Source: Flavobacteriales bacterium (GTDB lineage Bacteria; Bacteroidota; Bacteroidia; NS11-12g; UBA955). Taken from it: a DNA stretch of 64,000 nucleotides. The notes beneath the pieces are model-generated. The model made no database searches. It saw nothing but the letters and a program-made list of their open reading frames with translations, and was not told the DNA's origin. Each line of letters starts with the position of its first letter. Position 1 is the stretch's first letter. This document shows, piece after piece, positions 46,922-57,383 of the stretch. The stretch is taken from assembly GCA_947463435.1 (NCBI GenBank), contig CANHTS010000001.1, positions 3,700 through 67,699 of the forward strand. Reading direction: 5' to 3'. Position numbers and translations under genes: made by a program.

Positions 46922-48556
46922 ATGAGAAGATCATTACTCCTTTTATTCCAGGCTTTCATGATCGGAAGCATAGCCGCCCAACAGCCGGTGCAAGGGTTCG
47001 ACGCGGCTGCTGCCATGGCGCGCTACAAGAAAGTGGCGCTGCAGGTGAATACTTCCGCCTTTAGCGAAAAAGAAAAGCAGGCTGTCAGATTGCTGATCGG
47101 CGCGGCGCAAATTGCCGATTCCCTGTTCTGGAAACAAGCCTGGGGAGACAAGAACGAGCTGCTCCGCGCCATGCCCGCCGGTCCGCTGCGCGATTTTACC
47201 TTGCTCAATTACGGTCCATGGGATCGCCTCAACAACGACGCTCCTTTCATACAGGGCATCGGTACCAAGCCGGAAGGCGCCCGTTTTTATCCGCCCGCTT
47301 TCACCAAAGCCGAATTCGACCGCGTGGCAGACAGCAGCAAGTTCAGCGCCTATTCCATACTGAACCGCGATGCCTTCGGCCAAACCACCGTTCAGCCCTA
47401 TTCCGCGGCATATACCGGAGAACTGCGCCTCATGACCCAACAGATGCGCATGGCGGCCGGACTGTTGCGCCCGACGGATCCGCTCTTCAGCGATTACCTG
47501 GAACTCCGTGCCAACGACCTGCTGCGCGATAACTACGATATCAGCGATCGTTTCTGGCTTGAGATGCGCGACAACAAATTCGACCTGATCATCGGTCCGA
47601 TTGAGAACTACGAAGACAAATTCCTGGGCATTAAAACGGCCTTCGAAGCCTATGTCATGGTGCGCGACAACGAATGGAGCCAGCGCCTGGAGAAATACAT
47701 CGGTCTTCTTCCCTGGCTGCAGGAAAACCTGCCCGTTGCGCCTGCCTACAAACAGGAAAAGGTGGGCAACAGCGGCAGCCAGCTGGCCGTATTTGATGCG
47801 CTCTATTACGCCGGCGACTGCAACGCGGGCAGCAAAACCATCGCCGTAAACCTGCCGAACGACGAAACCATCCAGAAGGAAATAGGAACCCGCAGAACCC
47901 AGATCAAAAACGTGATGCGGGCCAAGTTTGACAATATGGTGCAGCCTATTTCCGAACTGCTCATCGACCCGAAGCAAAGGGTGAACATCACCTTCAATGC
48001 GTTTTTCAACAATGTGATGTTTCACGAAGTGGCACACGGCTTGGGTGTGAAGAATACCATCGACGGCAAGCGGACGGTCCGCGAGTCGCTCGGCGCCAAA
48101 TACTCCGCGATTGAAGAGTGCAAGGCCGATGTGCTGGGCCTGTATATGGTGACGCGCCTGCTGGAAAGGGGTGAACTGACGGAAGGAACATTGGCAGACT
48201 ACTATGTCACTTTTGTGGCCAGCGTTTTCCGCTCTGTGCGTTTCGGCGCTTCCAGTGCACACGGCAAAGCCAATATGATCACGTTCAATTTCCTGCTGAA
48301 CAGCGGAGCCGTGAAGCGGAACAAAAAAGGCACTTACCGCGTTAACATCAACGCGATGAAGAAAGCCATCAACGATTTGGCAGGGCTTTTGCTAAAAGTA
48401 CAGGGAGACGGCAGCGAAGCCCGTGCGGCTGAACTGCTGGCGAAGGATGGCATCATCGGAACCATCCTCGCCCAAGACCTCGCCAGGCTTGAATCTTCGG
48501 GAATCCCGGTTGACATCTATTTCGAACAAGGCATACATACCCTCGGTATCCAATAA
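46922..48556 (+). CDS. Zn-dependent hydrolase, dipeptidyl-peptidase III (M49)-like, secreted
   Basis: Signal peptide; NYGPWDRL, IGPIENYED, AVNLPNDE, FHEVAHGLG, IEECKAD, RSVRFG..AHG. Confidence 0.88.
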   Translation: MRRSLLLLFQAFMIGSIAAQQPVQGFDAAAAMARYKKVALQVNTSAFSEKEKQAVRLLIGAAQIADSLFWKQAWGDKNELLRAMPAGPLRDFTLLNYGPWDRLNNDAPFIQGIGTKPEGARFYPPAFTKAEFDRVADSSKFSAYSILNRDAFGQTTVQPYSAAYTGELRLMTQQMRMAAGLLRPTDPLFSDYLELRANDLLRDNYDISDRFWLEMRDNKFDLIIGPIENYEDKFLGIKTAFEAYVMVRDNEWSQRLEKYIGLLPWLQENLPVAPAYKQEKVGNSGSQLAVFDALYYAGDCNAGSKTIAVNLPNDETIQKEIGTRRTQIKNVMRAKFDNMVQPISELLIDPKQRVNITFNAFFNNVMFHEVAHGLGVKNTIDGKRTVRESLGAKYSAIEECKADVLGLYMVTRLLERGELTEGTLADYYVTFVASVFRSVRFGASSAHGKANMITFNFLLNSGAVKRNKKGTYRVNINAMKKAINDLAGLLLKVQGDGSEARAAELLAKDGIIGTILAQDLARLESSGIPVDIYFEQGIHTLGIQ

Positions 48557-48561
48557 AAAAC

Positions 48562-50646
48562 ATGAGCTCACGCAAATTCATCACCCCACTCTTCCCGATA
48601 GCCCTTTTCAGCTTTCTGGTTTTCTGCAGCAGCCGCAGGCAGGGAAACGAACCCGAACTGATGGGCCGCATCCTCGAACAGCTGCGGGTGCATCACTACC
48701 AGCCCGTTAAGCTGAACGACGAGTTCTCCGGCAAGATCTACAGCAATTTCCTCGATAAGCTGGACGGCGACAAGCGCTTCTTCATCCAGGCCGATATCAA
48801 GAAACTGGAACCTTTCCGCAACCAGCTAGACGATCAACTGCAGCGCGGTTCGTACGCTTTCATGGATTCAGCCTGGAGCCTGTTCGACCGCCGCATGAAC
48901 CAGTTGGAGAAACATTACCAACAAGTATTGGCCAAACCCTTCGATTTCCAAGGCAACGAGGTTTGGGATTACGATGAAGAGAATCCCAAATATGCCAAAG
49001 ACGAAAAGGAACAACTGGAATTCTGGCGCAAGTCGTTGAAATTCAGTGTACTGGAACGCTATTACCGCAAAACGGAGCAGCAAAACGAAGCCCGCAAGCG
49101 CAACGACAGTGCCTTCAAGGAGTTGAGTGCCGATACGCTCGAAGCGCGTTCGCGTGCCGAAGTGCTGAAATCGACCAACGATTGGTTCAAGCGCTTCCGC
49201 CGCATGAGCCGGAAAGACAAAGTTTCCTTCTATATCAATGCCATCACCGAGATCTACGATCCGCATACCAACTTCTTCCCGCCGGCTGAAAAGCAGAACT
49301 TCGATATCGGCATGAGTGGCAGACTGGAAGGCATCGGTGCGACACTCGTGGAACGCGATGGCTTCATCAAAGTGGAACGCATCGTGCCCGGCAGCGCCAG
49401 CTACAAGCAAGGTGAACTAAAAGCCGGCGACCTGATCATCAAGGTTGGCCAGGCAGCCGCTGAACCGGTGGATGTGGTTGGGATGGATCTCGACGACGCC
49501 ATCATGCTCATCCGCGGCAAGAAAGGCACCGAAGTACGGCTTACTGTGCGCAAACCGGACGGCACAACCAAAGTTATTCCCATCGTGCGCGATGTGGTGG
49601 TGATTGAAGAGGGATACGCCAAAAGCGCCATAACCCAATACCAGGGCAAGAAATTCGGCCTCATCAACCTGCCCAGTTTCTATGCCGACATGAATGAAAG
49701 AGGCGGCCGCAGCGCAGCGGGAGACGTTCGTCAGGAGCTGATCAAGCTACGGGAAGAAAATGTGCAGGGACTGGTACTCGATCTCCGCAACAACGGCGGT
49801 GGCAGCCTGCGCGATGCGGTTGAAATGGCCGGCCTGTTCTTCCGCACCGGTCCGGTTGTGCAGGTTCGTTCGCGCGACGGCGATGTGGATGTGCTCCGCG
49901 ATTACGACGAACAGACCATCTGGAACGGTCCGGTCGTGGTGCTTACCAATGCCTTCAGCGCATCGGCCTCCGAAATTCTCGGGGCAGCCCTGCAAGATTA
50001 CCGCCGCGCGGTGATCATGGGCAGCAAATCGACCTTCGGCAAAGGCACTGTGCAAACCTTCTATAACCTCGACGGAGCCGGAACCGATCGCCGCAGCGCC
50101 GGCATGGGTTCTGTAAAGGTGACCGTACAGAAATTCTACCGCATCAACGGCGGAACCACGCAGCTGGTTGGTGTAACTCCTGACGTAATCGTTCCGGATG
50201 CCTACGATAACCTCGAAATGGGCGAAAAGGAACAGAAGTTCGCCATGCAGTACGACAAGATCAAACCGGCTGATTACATGCAGTTCAACGATCCGCGCAT
50301 GAATCCGGCCATCGAGAGCGCACGCCAGCGCCTTGCGTCGAGTGCGCATTACGCCATCGTAAAACAACATGCCGCTGTATTGGATGCACGCCGCAAGCAG
50401 GTACAGTATCCGCTCAGCTATGCGCGCTTCGCGGAAATGGAAACCCAGCGCACGGCCGAAAACCGCCGCTTCAACGATACCGCCTACAAGACCAGTCTCA
50501 GCGATTGGAACGCCCTGCAGGCCGATCTCCAGGCTGCCGGTGGCGATGAAGCCAAAACCGCCCAGCGCAAAGACTGGATCAAGGCCTATCGCCGCGACGC
50601 CATGCTCGAACAGGCGGTATTACTGCTGACAGACTGGTTGCCGTGA
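48562..50646 (+). CDS. prc: Carboxy-terminal processing protease (S41A, Prc/Tsp-like)
   Basis: DPHTNFF, PDZ LEGIGA..IRGKKGTEV, LDLRNNGGGSL, SASASEI, GKGTVQ, KFYRING. Confidence 0.92.
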   Translation: MSSRKFITPLFPIALFSFLVFCSSRRQGNEPELMGRILEQLRVHHYQPVKLNDEFSGKIYSNFLDKLDGDKRFFIQADIKKLEPFRNQLDDQLQRGSYAFMDSAWSLFDRRMNQLEKHYQQVLAKPFDFQGNEVWDYDEENPKYAKDEKEQLEFWRKSLKFSVLERYYRKTEQQNEARKRNDSAFKELSADTLEARSRAEVLKSTNDWFKRFRRMSRKDKVSFYINAITEIYDPHTNFFPPAEKQNFDIGMSGRLEGIGATLVERDGFIKVERIVPGSASYKQGELKAGDLIIKVGQAAAEPVDVVGMDLDDAIMLIRGKKGTEVRLTVRKPDGTTKVIPIVRDVVVIEEGYAKSAITQYQGKKFGLINLPSFYADMNERGGRSAAGDVRQELIKLREENVQGLVLDLRNNGGGSLRDAVEMAGLFFRTGPVVQVRSRDGDVDVLRDYDEQTIWNGPVVVLTNAFSASASEILGAALQDYRRAVIMGSKSTFGKGTVQTFYNLDGAGTDRRSAGMGSVKVTVQKFYRINGGTTQLVGVTPDVIVPDAYDNLEMGEKEQKFAMQYDKIKPADYMQFNDPRMNPAIESARQRLASSAHYAIVKQHAAVLDARRKQVQYPLSYARFAEMETQRTAENRRFNDTAYKTSLSDWNALQADLQAAGGDEAKTAQRKDWIKAYRRDAMLEQAVLLLTDWLP

Positions 50647-51080
50647 GCCGCGTTAAAATTGCGATTCCTGAGCGGGATCCGGACTTTCGGGTTCGGATCC
50701 CCGTTCGTATTTCAGACCTGAACTACGGGAAGCACCTGGCCAACGACCGCTTGGTGGCTGTATTGCACGAAGCCCGTGTGCAGCATTTTGTGCAACACGG
50801 CTGCAAAGACGATCTCGACTTTTTCGGTATCGGTCTCATCCAGGCCGATCTGGCGGTTGCTTTTCGCTCGGAAGCCTTCTTCAACGAAATGCTCGAAGTG
50901 GCGCTGTTCATCGAAGACCACACGCCCAAAAGCTTTGCCGTGTATTACGAAATCAGGGAAGCCGAGAACGGACGCCTTGTAGCCACGGCCCGCACCGGGA
51001 TGGTGGCTTTCGATTATGGAACCAGGGCGGTAGCATCGTTTCCTGAAACCGTGCCGGCTCTTTTCCGCCTTACCCCTTAG
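50643..51080 (+). CDS. Acyl-CoA thioesterase (hotdog fold)
   Basis: VRISDLNYGKHLAND..HEAR; TGMVAFDY; GTGA overlap with prc. Confidence 0.85.
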   Translation: MSRVKIAIPERDPDFRVRIPVRISDLNYGKHLANDRLVAVLHEARVQHFVQHGCKDDLDFFGIGLIQADLAVAFRSEAFFNEMLEVALFIEDHTPKSFAVYYEIREAENGRLVATARTGMVAFDYGTRAVASFPETVPALFRLTP

Positions 51081-51084
51081 CCGC

Positions 51085-53322
51085 TCAGGTATTCAACCAC
51101 CAGAGCAGTTTCACGACCAGGGTTTCATCTTTCACACCGCGCAGGCCAAATCCGTAATTGGCTGTTAAGTCGTTGCGGCTGTACACGATGAACAAGTCGC
51201 TCATCGGCCGGTAACGCCATTGCAGGCGGGTATTGGTATTGAAGTTCCGGGCCTGGGTATTGTATTGCAGGAAGGTGGTGAGATACAGGTTGGTGGTAAA
51301 ACTGAGTTCTGCCTTTGCACCGATCAGGGTAAGGAAAGTGCGGCGATAAGGCGCGGGCATATAGATATGGTCGTTGCGGGCGGAAAGAGAAAAAATGCCC
51401 CAGGGCTGGTAGCGGTAGGAAATTTCACCGCGCACACTCTGGTTGTAGCCGGTATAGAAACCGCCTCCCGACACTTCGAAATTGCCGCTCAGCTTGCGGC
51501 GGATATCGCTGTTCATGCGGAAGAAAGCGCGCGTTGCAGGATACAGACCGGGCAGCAGAAAAGTGTCTGAAACGCCGGTAGGGTCGTTGGGGAAATACAA
51601 ACGAATCCGCGTGTAGATTGCACCGGCGCTGAGGGCCATGGTATTGCGAAAGATGAACTGCGGGCCGGTTTCGATGTATTGGTCATTCCCGCGCAGGCTG
51701 CTGTCGAAATACAGGCTTCCGTAGATATTCCATTTGATGTTGTTAAATGGACCTTTGGATGGGTACCAGGTACGCGTAACGATGGGTTCGAAGCGCCAGT
51801 ACGACATATTGACCACGCTGCGGGTTTCGGAGTTGAAGACCTTGGTGCGCGGTACAAAACCCACATCGGCGCGGTGAGTGGCATGCACAAACTCATGGTT
51901 CCATTCTGCCAGCCAGGTGCGGGTGGAATAGTTTAGCCAGGAAGCGTGGGCATGGGAGCGAAGGGAACTGTTCTGATAGAAACTCTGGTGATAGAAGAAC
52001 TTCCCGCGCCAGCGCGAATCGCGGCTGATGAGGTTGTAATCGACGCCGAGCAGGCGGTTATAGCCCTCGCGCTCCGTTTTATTCATCGGTTGACGGCTTA
52101 CGGCGATGGCCGAAATGCTGCTGGCCGAAAACAACTTCCGCTGCACGGCGGCCACGCTGTAATTCACGCGGCTTTCGGCTGAATTGCTCGAGGGCATTTG
52201 CACGCTCATGGCACCAATGCGCCAATCCGTTCCGATTTTACCGCTCACCCGGGCGCCGGCCGAAATGGGCAACAAAGCCCCGTCGCGCAAGCCGATATTC
52301 CTGGAGAAGAACGGGCGGATCTGCCGGAAGCCGAAGTTGCCGAAGAGGTCGCTGTTTTCAATGAAGAATTGCCTCCGTTCAGGGAAGAAGAGCGAGAAGC
52401 GGGAGAGGTTGATCTGTTGGACATCCACATCCACCTGCGCAAAATCCGGATTCACGGTCAGGTCGAGGTTCAGGCTGCTGCTCAGGGCGAGTTTGGCGTC
52501 TGCTCCGCCGTTCAGGCTGCGGTCGGCCGGAAGGTTGCGGGCATGGTTCTTCACCACGCGCCCGATGCCGTACGGAATGAGAACTGTATTGCGCTTGCGG
52601 GGTTGCGGGGCCTGTTCAAATTCCATCCAACCGGTGAAGGTGAGGTTGGCGATATTGAAGTTGCGCGGCACCAATACCCATGTGCTCGTTTCGTTGATTT
52701 TCAGGTTGTTGCGGGCGAAGTTGAGCTTCCACTGGGCGCGTCCTTCCGGAAAACGCAAGGAGCGAAAAGGGATGCGGAACTCGGCAATCCAACGGTCGGC
52801 GTGACGGGTAACGGCGGAATACCAAACCTGGTCCCAGGCCGTGGTGACGCCGAAGTTTCCTCCGCCTTCCACCGAGCCTTCGCGTTGTGCGCCCATGGGG
52901 TTCACCCCGAAGGAGAAGCCATTTTGCCCGTCGTTCCAGGGGTCGATCACCATGTTGAAGGCATCGCTCACGGGGAAAGAGAAATCCCTTTTCAGGCTTT
53001 GAATCACATAGGATTTATCGGGATGTGCATCGTAGCAAATGGCCGCCACGTAGAGATTTTCTGCGTCGGAAGCGAGCATCACTTCCGTCCGCGTCTGGCT
53101 CAATGCAGTATCGTAGGGAAAATGTTGCCAGAATCCGCCGATCACTGTGGCTCTCTTCCAGACCTCCTCCTGCAACAATCCATCGGTCTGCATCGCTTCA
53201 CGCGCAAAAGCAACCTTGGCGATGGCTTGTTTCGGCGGATCGGCAGACAGATGGAAAGCGCTGCCGGCAAATAATGCCAGCACAATCGCCGCGCGGAGCA
53301 TGGAGCTTAGGATCGATGGCAT
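51085..53322 (-). CDS. DUF5916 protein with N-terminal CBM9-like domain and C-terminal barrel
   Basis: DGLLQEEVW, FGVNPMGAQ, WIAEFRIPFRSLRF, LDLTVNPDFAQVDVD, FFPERRQFFIEN, WRYRPMSDLF. Confidence 0.85.
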   Translation of the reverse strand: MPSILSSMLRAAIVLALFAGSAFHLSADPPKQAIAKVAFAREAMQTDGLLQEEVWKRATVIGGFWQHFPYDTALSQTRTEVMLASDAENLYVAAICYDAHPDKSYVIQSLKRDFSFPVSDAFNMVIDPWNDGQNGFSFGVNPMGAQREGSVEGGGNFGVTTAWDQVWYSAVTRHADRWIAEFRIPFRSLRFPEGRAQWKLNFARNNLKINETSTWVLVPRNFNIANLTFTGWMEFEQAPQPRKRNTVLIPYGIGRVVKNHARNLPADRSLNGGADAKLALSSSLNLDLTVNPDFAQVDVDVQQINLSRFSLFFPERRQFFIENSDLFGNFGFRQIRPFFSRNIGLRDGALLPISAGARVSGKIGTDWRIGAMSVQMPSSNSAESRVNYSVAAVQRKLFSASSISAIAVSRQPMNKTEREGYNRLLGVDYNLISRDSRWRGKFFYHQSFYQNSSLRSHAHASWLNYSTRTWLAEWNHEFVHATHRADVGFVPRTKVFNSETRSVVNMSYWRFEPIVTRTWYPSKGPFNNIKWNIYGSLYFDSSLRGNDQYIETGPQFIFRNTMALSAGAIYTRIRLYFPNDPTGVSDTFLLPGLYPATRAFFRMNSDIRRKLSGNFEVSGGGFYTGYNQSVRGEISYRYQPWGIFSLSARNDHIYMPAPYRRTFLTLIGAKAELSFTTNLYLTTFLQYNTQARNFNTNTRLQWRYRPMSDLFIVYSRNDLTANYGFGLRGVKDETLVVKLLWWLNT

Positions 53323-54635
53323 CAGTCTTTCGCGGCAATGTTGCGCTTCTGGGTGAGGCTGAGCGCATTCATATTCTTGTAATAGCTAAGCTTGCCGGTA
53401 TTGACATAGAATTTCATCTTGCGTCCGGGAGCGATATAGTTGGAAGACAATCCGTTCCAACGTTTGGCATTGGCCACGGTGCAGTCGAAAATATCGGCAA
53501 CCGTGTAGAGCGCATCTCCTTTCTTCACCGTGTAATACACCCAGGTTTTCTGCGCGGCCGGTGTGGTGCTTGCAATATTGGTGGCCCGCGGAACGATGCG
53601 GATATACGTGACTGAATCGACCACACGGGTAAAGGTATCGTACAAGACGCGTCCGCCTTCTGCAGGAGCCGGAATATCTATGTCAATGGCAGCCAGCGAA
53701 TCGCGGTTCTGCCAGCCGGTATCGGGCAATGCCCTGGCCGATACGACGGGAGCGGCTTTGCGTTGTGCGGTACAGAATGAATCGCGGAAGGCCGGGAAAG
53801 CGTTGCAGCGGCCGGCGGGGAGATAAATGGCTGTTGGCTCGACTACATACGGCAGGTATTCACCGCGTAGCACCGGATTGAAGAAGCGCAGATCTTCCAT
53901 CGGAACGCCGAAGCGTTTTGCAATGGCAGGAAAAGGCATCGCGCAGGCCGACCAGAACGTGTCGGTTGCTTCGGGTGTATACGGCTTGAGTTCGATGTTG
54001 TGGAGCGAATGGAAATTCCAGATGTACAGCACGCCCATGAAGCGCACCAAAGGCGCCTGGAATTCTTCGGGTAAAACCAGATGAATACTGTCGTACTGGA
54101 GTTTGTTTCCTGCCAGGCGGATGGCCTTGTTCAATTCCACCGGTCCGATGCGGAAGGCTGTGATGGCCAGGTTCCAGTCGCGGTAGATATCGTACAGATC
54201 GGCAAAATAGGCTGCGGCGGCCCTGGCAGCTTTTTCGCGGCTGCGGCGTTCGTCGGTATACGAATTGACCCTCAGGTTATAGCGTTTGGCAATGGCGAAA
54301 GACATGGGCCAGGCACCTGAAGCGCCATCTTTACCGGAGAAATCGTATGCCAAGTTGGTATTGGCAATGGGAACAAAGCGCAGGAAGCGCGGCAATCCGG
54401 CTGCATCCAGGGCTTCATCCACATAGGGAAGGGTGCTTTCCGATTTTCCCAGCAGGAATGAGGTATAGGCTTCTTCGTTGAGGATCCAGTAATCGATTTC
54501 CGCCTTTACCTGGTCGTTATAAAAGAAGGGAAGGCCTTTTTTAGACAGCTCGCGGAGGCGGGTTTCGTAAATGTCTGCAGCATTCACTGCTTGCCATCCG
54601 AACAAGCTCAGACAAAACAACAGGAGGGGTCTCAT
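53322..54635 (-). CDS. MltD-like SLT-fold + LysM protein with degenerate catalytic motifs
   Basis: DERR..KA..AA..Y..DLY..DWNLAI scaffold, FFNPVLR, C-terminal LysM YTVKKGDALY.VA. The expected ES / GLWQ / AYN motifs read NT / GAWP / AFR. Confidence 0.8.
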   Translation of the reverse strand: MRPLLLFCLSLFGWQAVNAADIYETRLRELSKKGLPFFYNDQVKAEIDYWILNEEAYTSFLLGKSESTLPYVDEALDAAGLPRFLRFVPIANTNLAYDFSGKDGASGAWPMSFAIAKRYNLRVNSYTDERRSREKAARAAAAYFADLYDIYRDWNLAITAFRIGPVELNKAIRLAGNKLQYDSIHLVLPEEFQAPLVRFMGVLYIWNFHSLHNIELKPYTPEATDTFWSACAMPFPAIAKRFGVPMEDLRFFNPVLRGEYLPYVVEPTAIYLPAGRCNAFPAFRDSFCTAQRKAAPVVSARALPDTGWQNRDSLAAIDIDIPAPAEGGRVLYDTFTRVVDSVTYIRIVPRATNIASTTPAAQKTWVYYTVKKGDALYTVADIFDCTVANAKRWNGLSSNYIAPGRKMKFYVNTGKLSYYKNMNALSLTQKRNIAAKD

Positions 54636-56068
54636 GCCCGCGCAAGCTGCAAAAGGTATTCCGAAAAGCCGAGCAAAGCAGCTTCTGAGAAGTCAGCGCC
54701 CATGATCTGCATGCCGAAGGGCATTCCATTGCTGTGTGTTCCAGTCGGAATCGAGATCGCCGGATTTCCTGCCAGGTTGGCTTGAACGGTGAACAAATCG
54801 GCGAGGTACATCGCCACCGGATCGGCTGCTTTTTCGCCCATGCGGAAAGCCGGTGTGCTGGTTGTCGGCAGCAGGAACAGGTCGTAGGAAGCGAAGATAT
54901 CGCGTGTTTTGGTGCGGATCAGGTTGCGCACCTGTTGTGCCTTGGTATAATAGGCGTCGTAGAAATCGCTGCTCAGAACAAAGGTTCCGAGCATGATACG
55001 GCGCTTTACTTCCGGACCGAAGCCTTCGCTACGCGAGCGTTTGAAGGTGCTTTCCAGGTCGGTTGCATTGGGACTTCTGTAGCCGTATAATAGGCCGGAA
55101 TAGCGGCTCAGGTTGCTGGATGCTTCTGCCGTGGTGAGCACATAATAGCAGGGCACCATGTAGTCGAGGTAGGGAAAGGATACGCTTTCCACGGTATGGC
55201 CTTCTGCGCGGAGCTTGTTGAACAGGTCGAGGCAATGCTGGCGGATTTCAGGATCGAGGCCAGGATGATCGAGGGCTTCGCCGAGGTAGGCGATGCGGCG
55301 CGGCTGATGTTGGTATTGCTGCAGCGCGGTGGTATAGGGTTCAACAGGTTGTTGGGAACAGGTGGCGTCGTAGGCATCGGGCCCGGCCATCACCTCCAGC
55401 AGCAGGGCAGTGTCTTCCACGCTGCGGGTCATGGGGCCGATCTGGTCGAAGCTGCTTGCATAGGCCAGCAAACCCCAGCGGCTGATGCGTCCATAGGTTG
55501 GCTTCAGGCCCACCAATCCGGTGAACGCAGCGGGCTGGCGGATGGAACCACCGGTATCAGAACCCAGGGCGGCATGGCACAATCCGGCTTGTACGGCCAC
55601 AGCGCTGCCGCCGGAAGAACCGCCCGGCACGCGCCCGGGATCGGCGGCGTTTTTCACCGGTCCGTAAGCGGAGTTCTCGTTGCTCGCACCCATGGCAAAC
55701 TCGTCGCAATTGGTACGTCCTATGATGATGGCACCTTCGGCCAGCAGGCGTTCGGTGACGGTGGCGTTGTACATCGAGCGGAATCCGGAAAGGATGCGCG
55801 ACGAAGATGAAACGCCGTGGTCTTTATAACAGATCACATCCTTCAGGGCGATGACCATGCCCGCCAGGCGGCCTGCTTTGCCTTCACCCAAAAGTTTGTC
55901 TTGCTGTTCGGCAGCAGCCAGTGCTTCATCCGGATATAATTCGAGGAAAGCATTCAGATCAGAATGCGCGTTTGCCTGTTGCAGGTAGTATTCAACCACC
56001 TGCCGGCAAGTAAGGGTACCGGCCTCCAGCTCTTTACGCAGGAGGCTGTAGCTGGAATGCGGAACCAA
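54632..56068 (-). CDS. gatA: Asp-tRNA(Asn)/Glu-tRNA(Gln) amidotransferase subunit A
   Basis: ALKD, TNCDEFAMG, PGGSSGGSA, LGSDTGGSIRQPA, EASSNLSRY, GFGPEVKRRIMLGT. Confidence 0.96.
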   Translation of the reverse strand: MVPHSSYSLLRKELEAGTLTCRQVVEYYLQQANAHSDLNAFLELYPDEALAAAEQQDKLLGEGKAGRLAGMVIALKDVICYKDHGVSSSSRILSGFRSMYNATVTERLLAEGAIIIGRTNCDEFAMGASNENSAYGPVKNAADPGRVPGGSSGGSAVAVQAGLCHAALGSDTGGSIRQPAAFTGLVGLKPTYGRISRWGLLAYASSFDQIGPMTRSVEDTALLLEVMAGPDAYDATCSQQPVEPYTTALQQYQHQPRRIAYLGEALDHPGLDPEIRQHCLDLFNKLRAEGHTVESVSFPYLDYMVPCYYVLTTAEASSNLSRYSGLLYGYRSPNATDLESTFKRSRSEGFGPEVKRRIMLGTFVLSSDFYDAYYTKAQQVRNLIRTKTRDIFASYDLFLLPTTSTPAFRMGEKAADPVAMYLADLFTVQANLAGNPAISIPTGTHSNGMPFGMQIMGADFSEAALLGFSEYLLQLARA

Positions 56069-56082
56069 GGAAGAGCTGCGGG

Positions 56083-56301
56083 TTAGCGGGGGTTGCGGTC
56101 GTTTTGATCTTCCTTGATGCCGTCTTCGATTTCGCGCTTCACGTTGTTCTTGGCATCGTTGAATTCGCGAATGCCTTTGCCGAGACCGCGCATCAGCTCA
56201 GGAATTTTGCGGCCTCCAAACATCAGCACCACGATGAGCAGGATCAGGATGATTTCCGTGGTTCCCAGGCTGCCTAACAGCAGCATTACTAAGTGCGTCA
56301 T
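56083..56301 (-). CDS. tatA: Twin-arginine translocase TatA/TatE subunit
   Basis: [36 protein letters not shown]. Confidence 0.93.
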   Translation of the reverse strand: MTHLVMLLLGSLGTTEIILILLIVVLMFGGRKIPELMRGLGKGIREFNDAKNNVKREIEDGIKEDQNDRNPR

Positions 56302-56560
56302 GGTGAAAATTTCGTCAAAAATACGCATAAAAGGCGGAAGGCGGGTATCCCTAGCGCCCTCACGGCGGAAATCCCGCCCAATCCATCCGTAAAGCGGCAG
56401 AGCCTGCTCTGCGGAATTGTCAACGGATTGCTTGAGTAACAAATATCCCCCAACCCTGCTCATACGCTTTAATCATGAGACACTCCTTGCACAGTTTCGG
56501 TTTGCAGGCCTTATTCTGCGCTTGGTTTTGGTTAAATTCGCGCCTCTAAAAATCACCCAA

Positions 56561-57124
56561 ATGAGCACAAGCCTGCAGGAAATCATTACCGGACTGAAAG
56601 AGTCGCTGGAGAAAAACCTGGACCATACCCGTAGCGAATTTGCCCGGCTCCGCGCGGGAAAGGCAAGTCCGGACATGTTGGCGTCGGTAATGGTGGAATA
56701 CTATGGCGCCATGACTCCGCTGCCCCAGCTTGCAAACGTCAATACGCCCGATGCACGCAGCCTGGTGATCCAGCCCTGGGACAAGTCGCTCATCCGTCCG
56801 ATCGAAACGGCCATCATCAACTCAAACCTGGGTTTTGCACCTTCCAACGACGGTGAAACCATCCGCATCAGTGTGCCACCGCTCACCGAAGACCGCAGGA
56901 AAGACCTGGTGAAGAAATCGCGCGAGGAAGCCGAACACGGCAAGGTGGGTATCCGCAACCTCCGCAAGGAAGCCAACGAAAAGATCAAAAAGCTTCAGAA
57001 GGATGGCTTGAGTGAAGACGAAGCCAAGGCCGGCGAAGATGAGGTGCAGAAGCTGGTTGACGCGTATATCAAGAAAACCGACGAAGCCTTCGCTGCCAAG
57101 GAAAAGGAAATCATGACCGTCTAA
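56561..57124 (+). CDS. frr: Ribosome recycling factor
   Basis: RAGKASP, VEYYG, IQPWDK, PSNDG, VPPLTEDRRK, KEKEIMTV; ATG 56561. Confidence 0.96.
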   Translation: MSTSLQEIITGLKESLEKNLDHTRSEFARLRAGKASPDMLASVMVEYYGAMTPLPQLANVNTPDARSLVIQPWDKSLIRPIETAIINSNLGFAPSNDGETIRISVPPLTEDRRKDLVKKSREEAEHGKVGIRNLRKEANEKIKKLQKDGLSEDEAKAGEDEVQKLVDAYIKKTDEAFAAKEKEIMTV

Positions 57125-57383
57125 GGGAAATTAGAAGAGCATCTTGGCTAGGTTAGCTGTTTCACCTCTTAAAAGCGGCCGTGATTTCCCTTGGTTTGCT
57201 GCACAACAGTTGTCACAATTTCAAAAACTACACCGGTTGAGCGCAGGCAAATAACCGATAACATGACCGCAATTGACCTGTAGTATTTCATGTAGGTCAA
57301 CAGGAAAAAACGTATTTCCGTCACAGCAATGGCAAGGAGATGCTATAAATAGCCGAACTTTGCGCTATCAAAAAAGCATCAAA

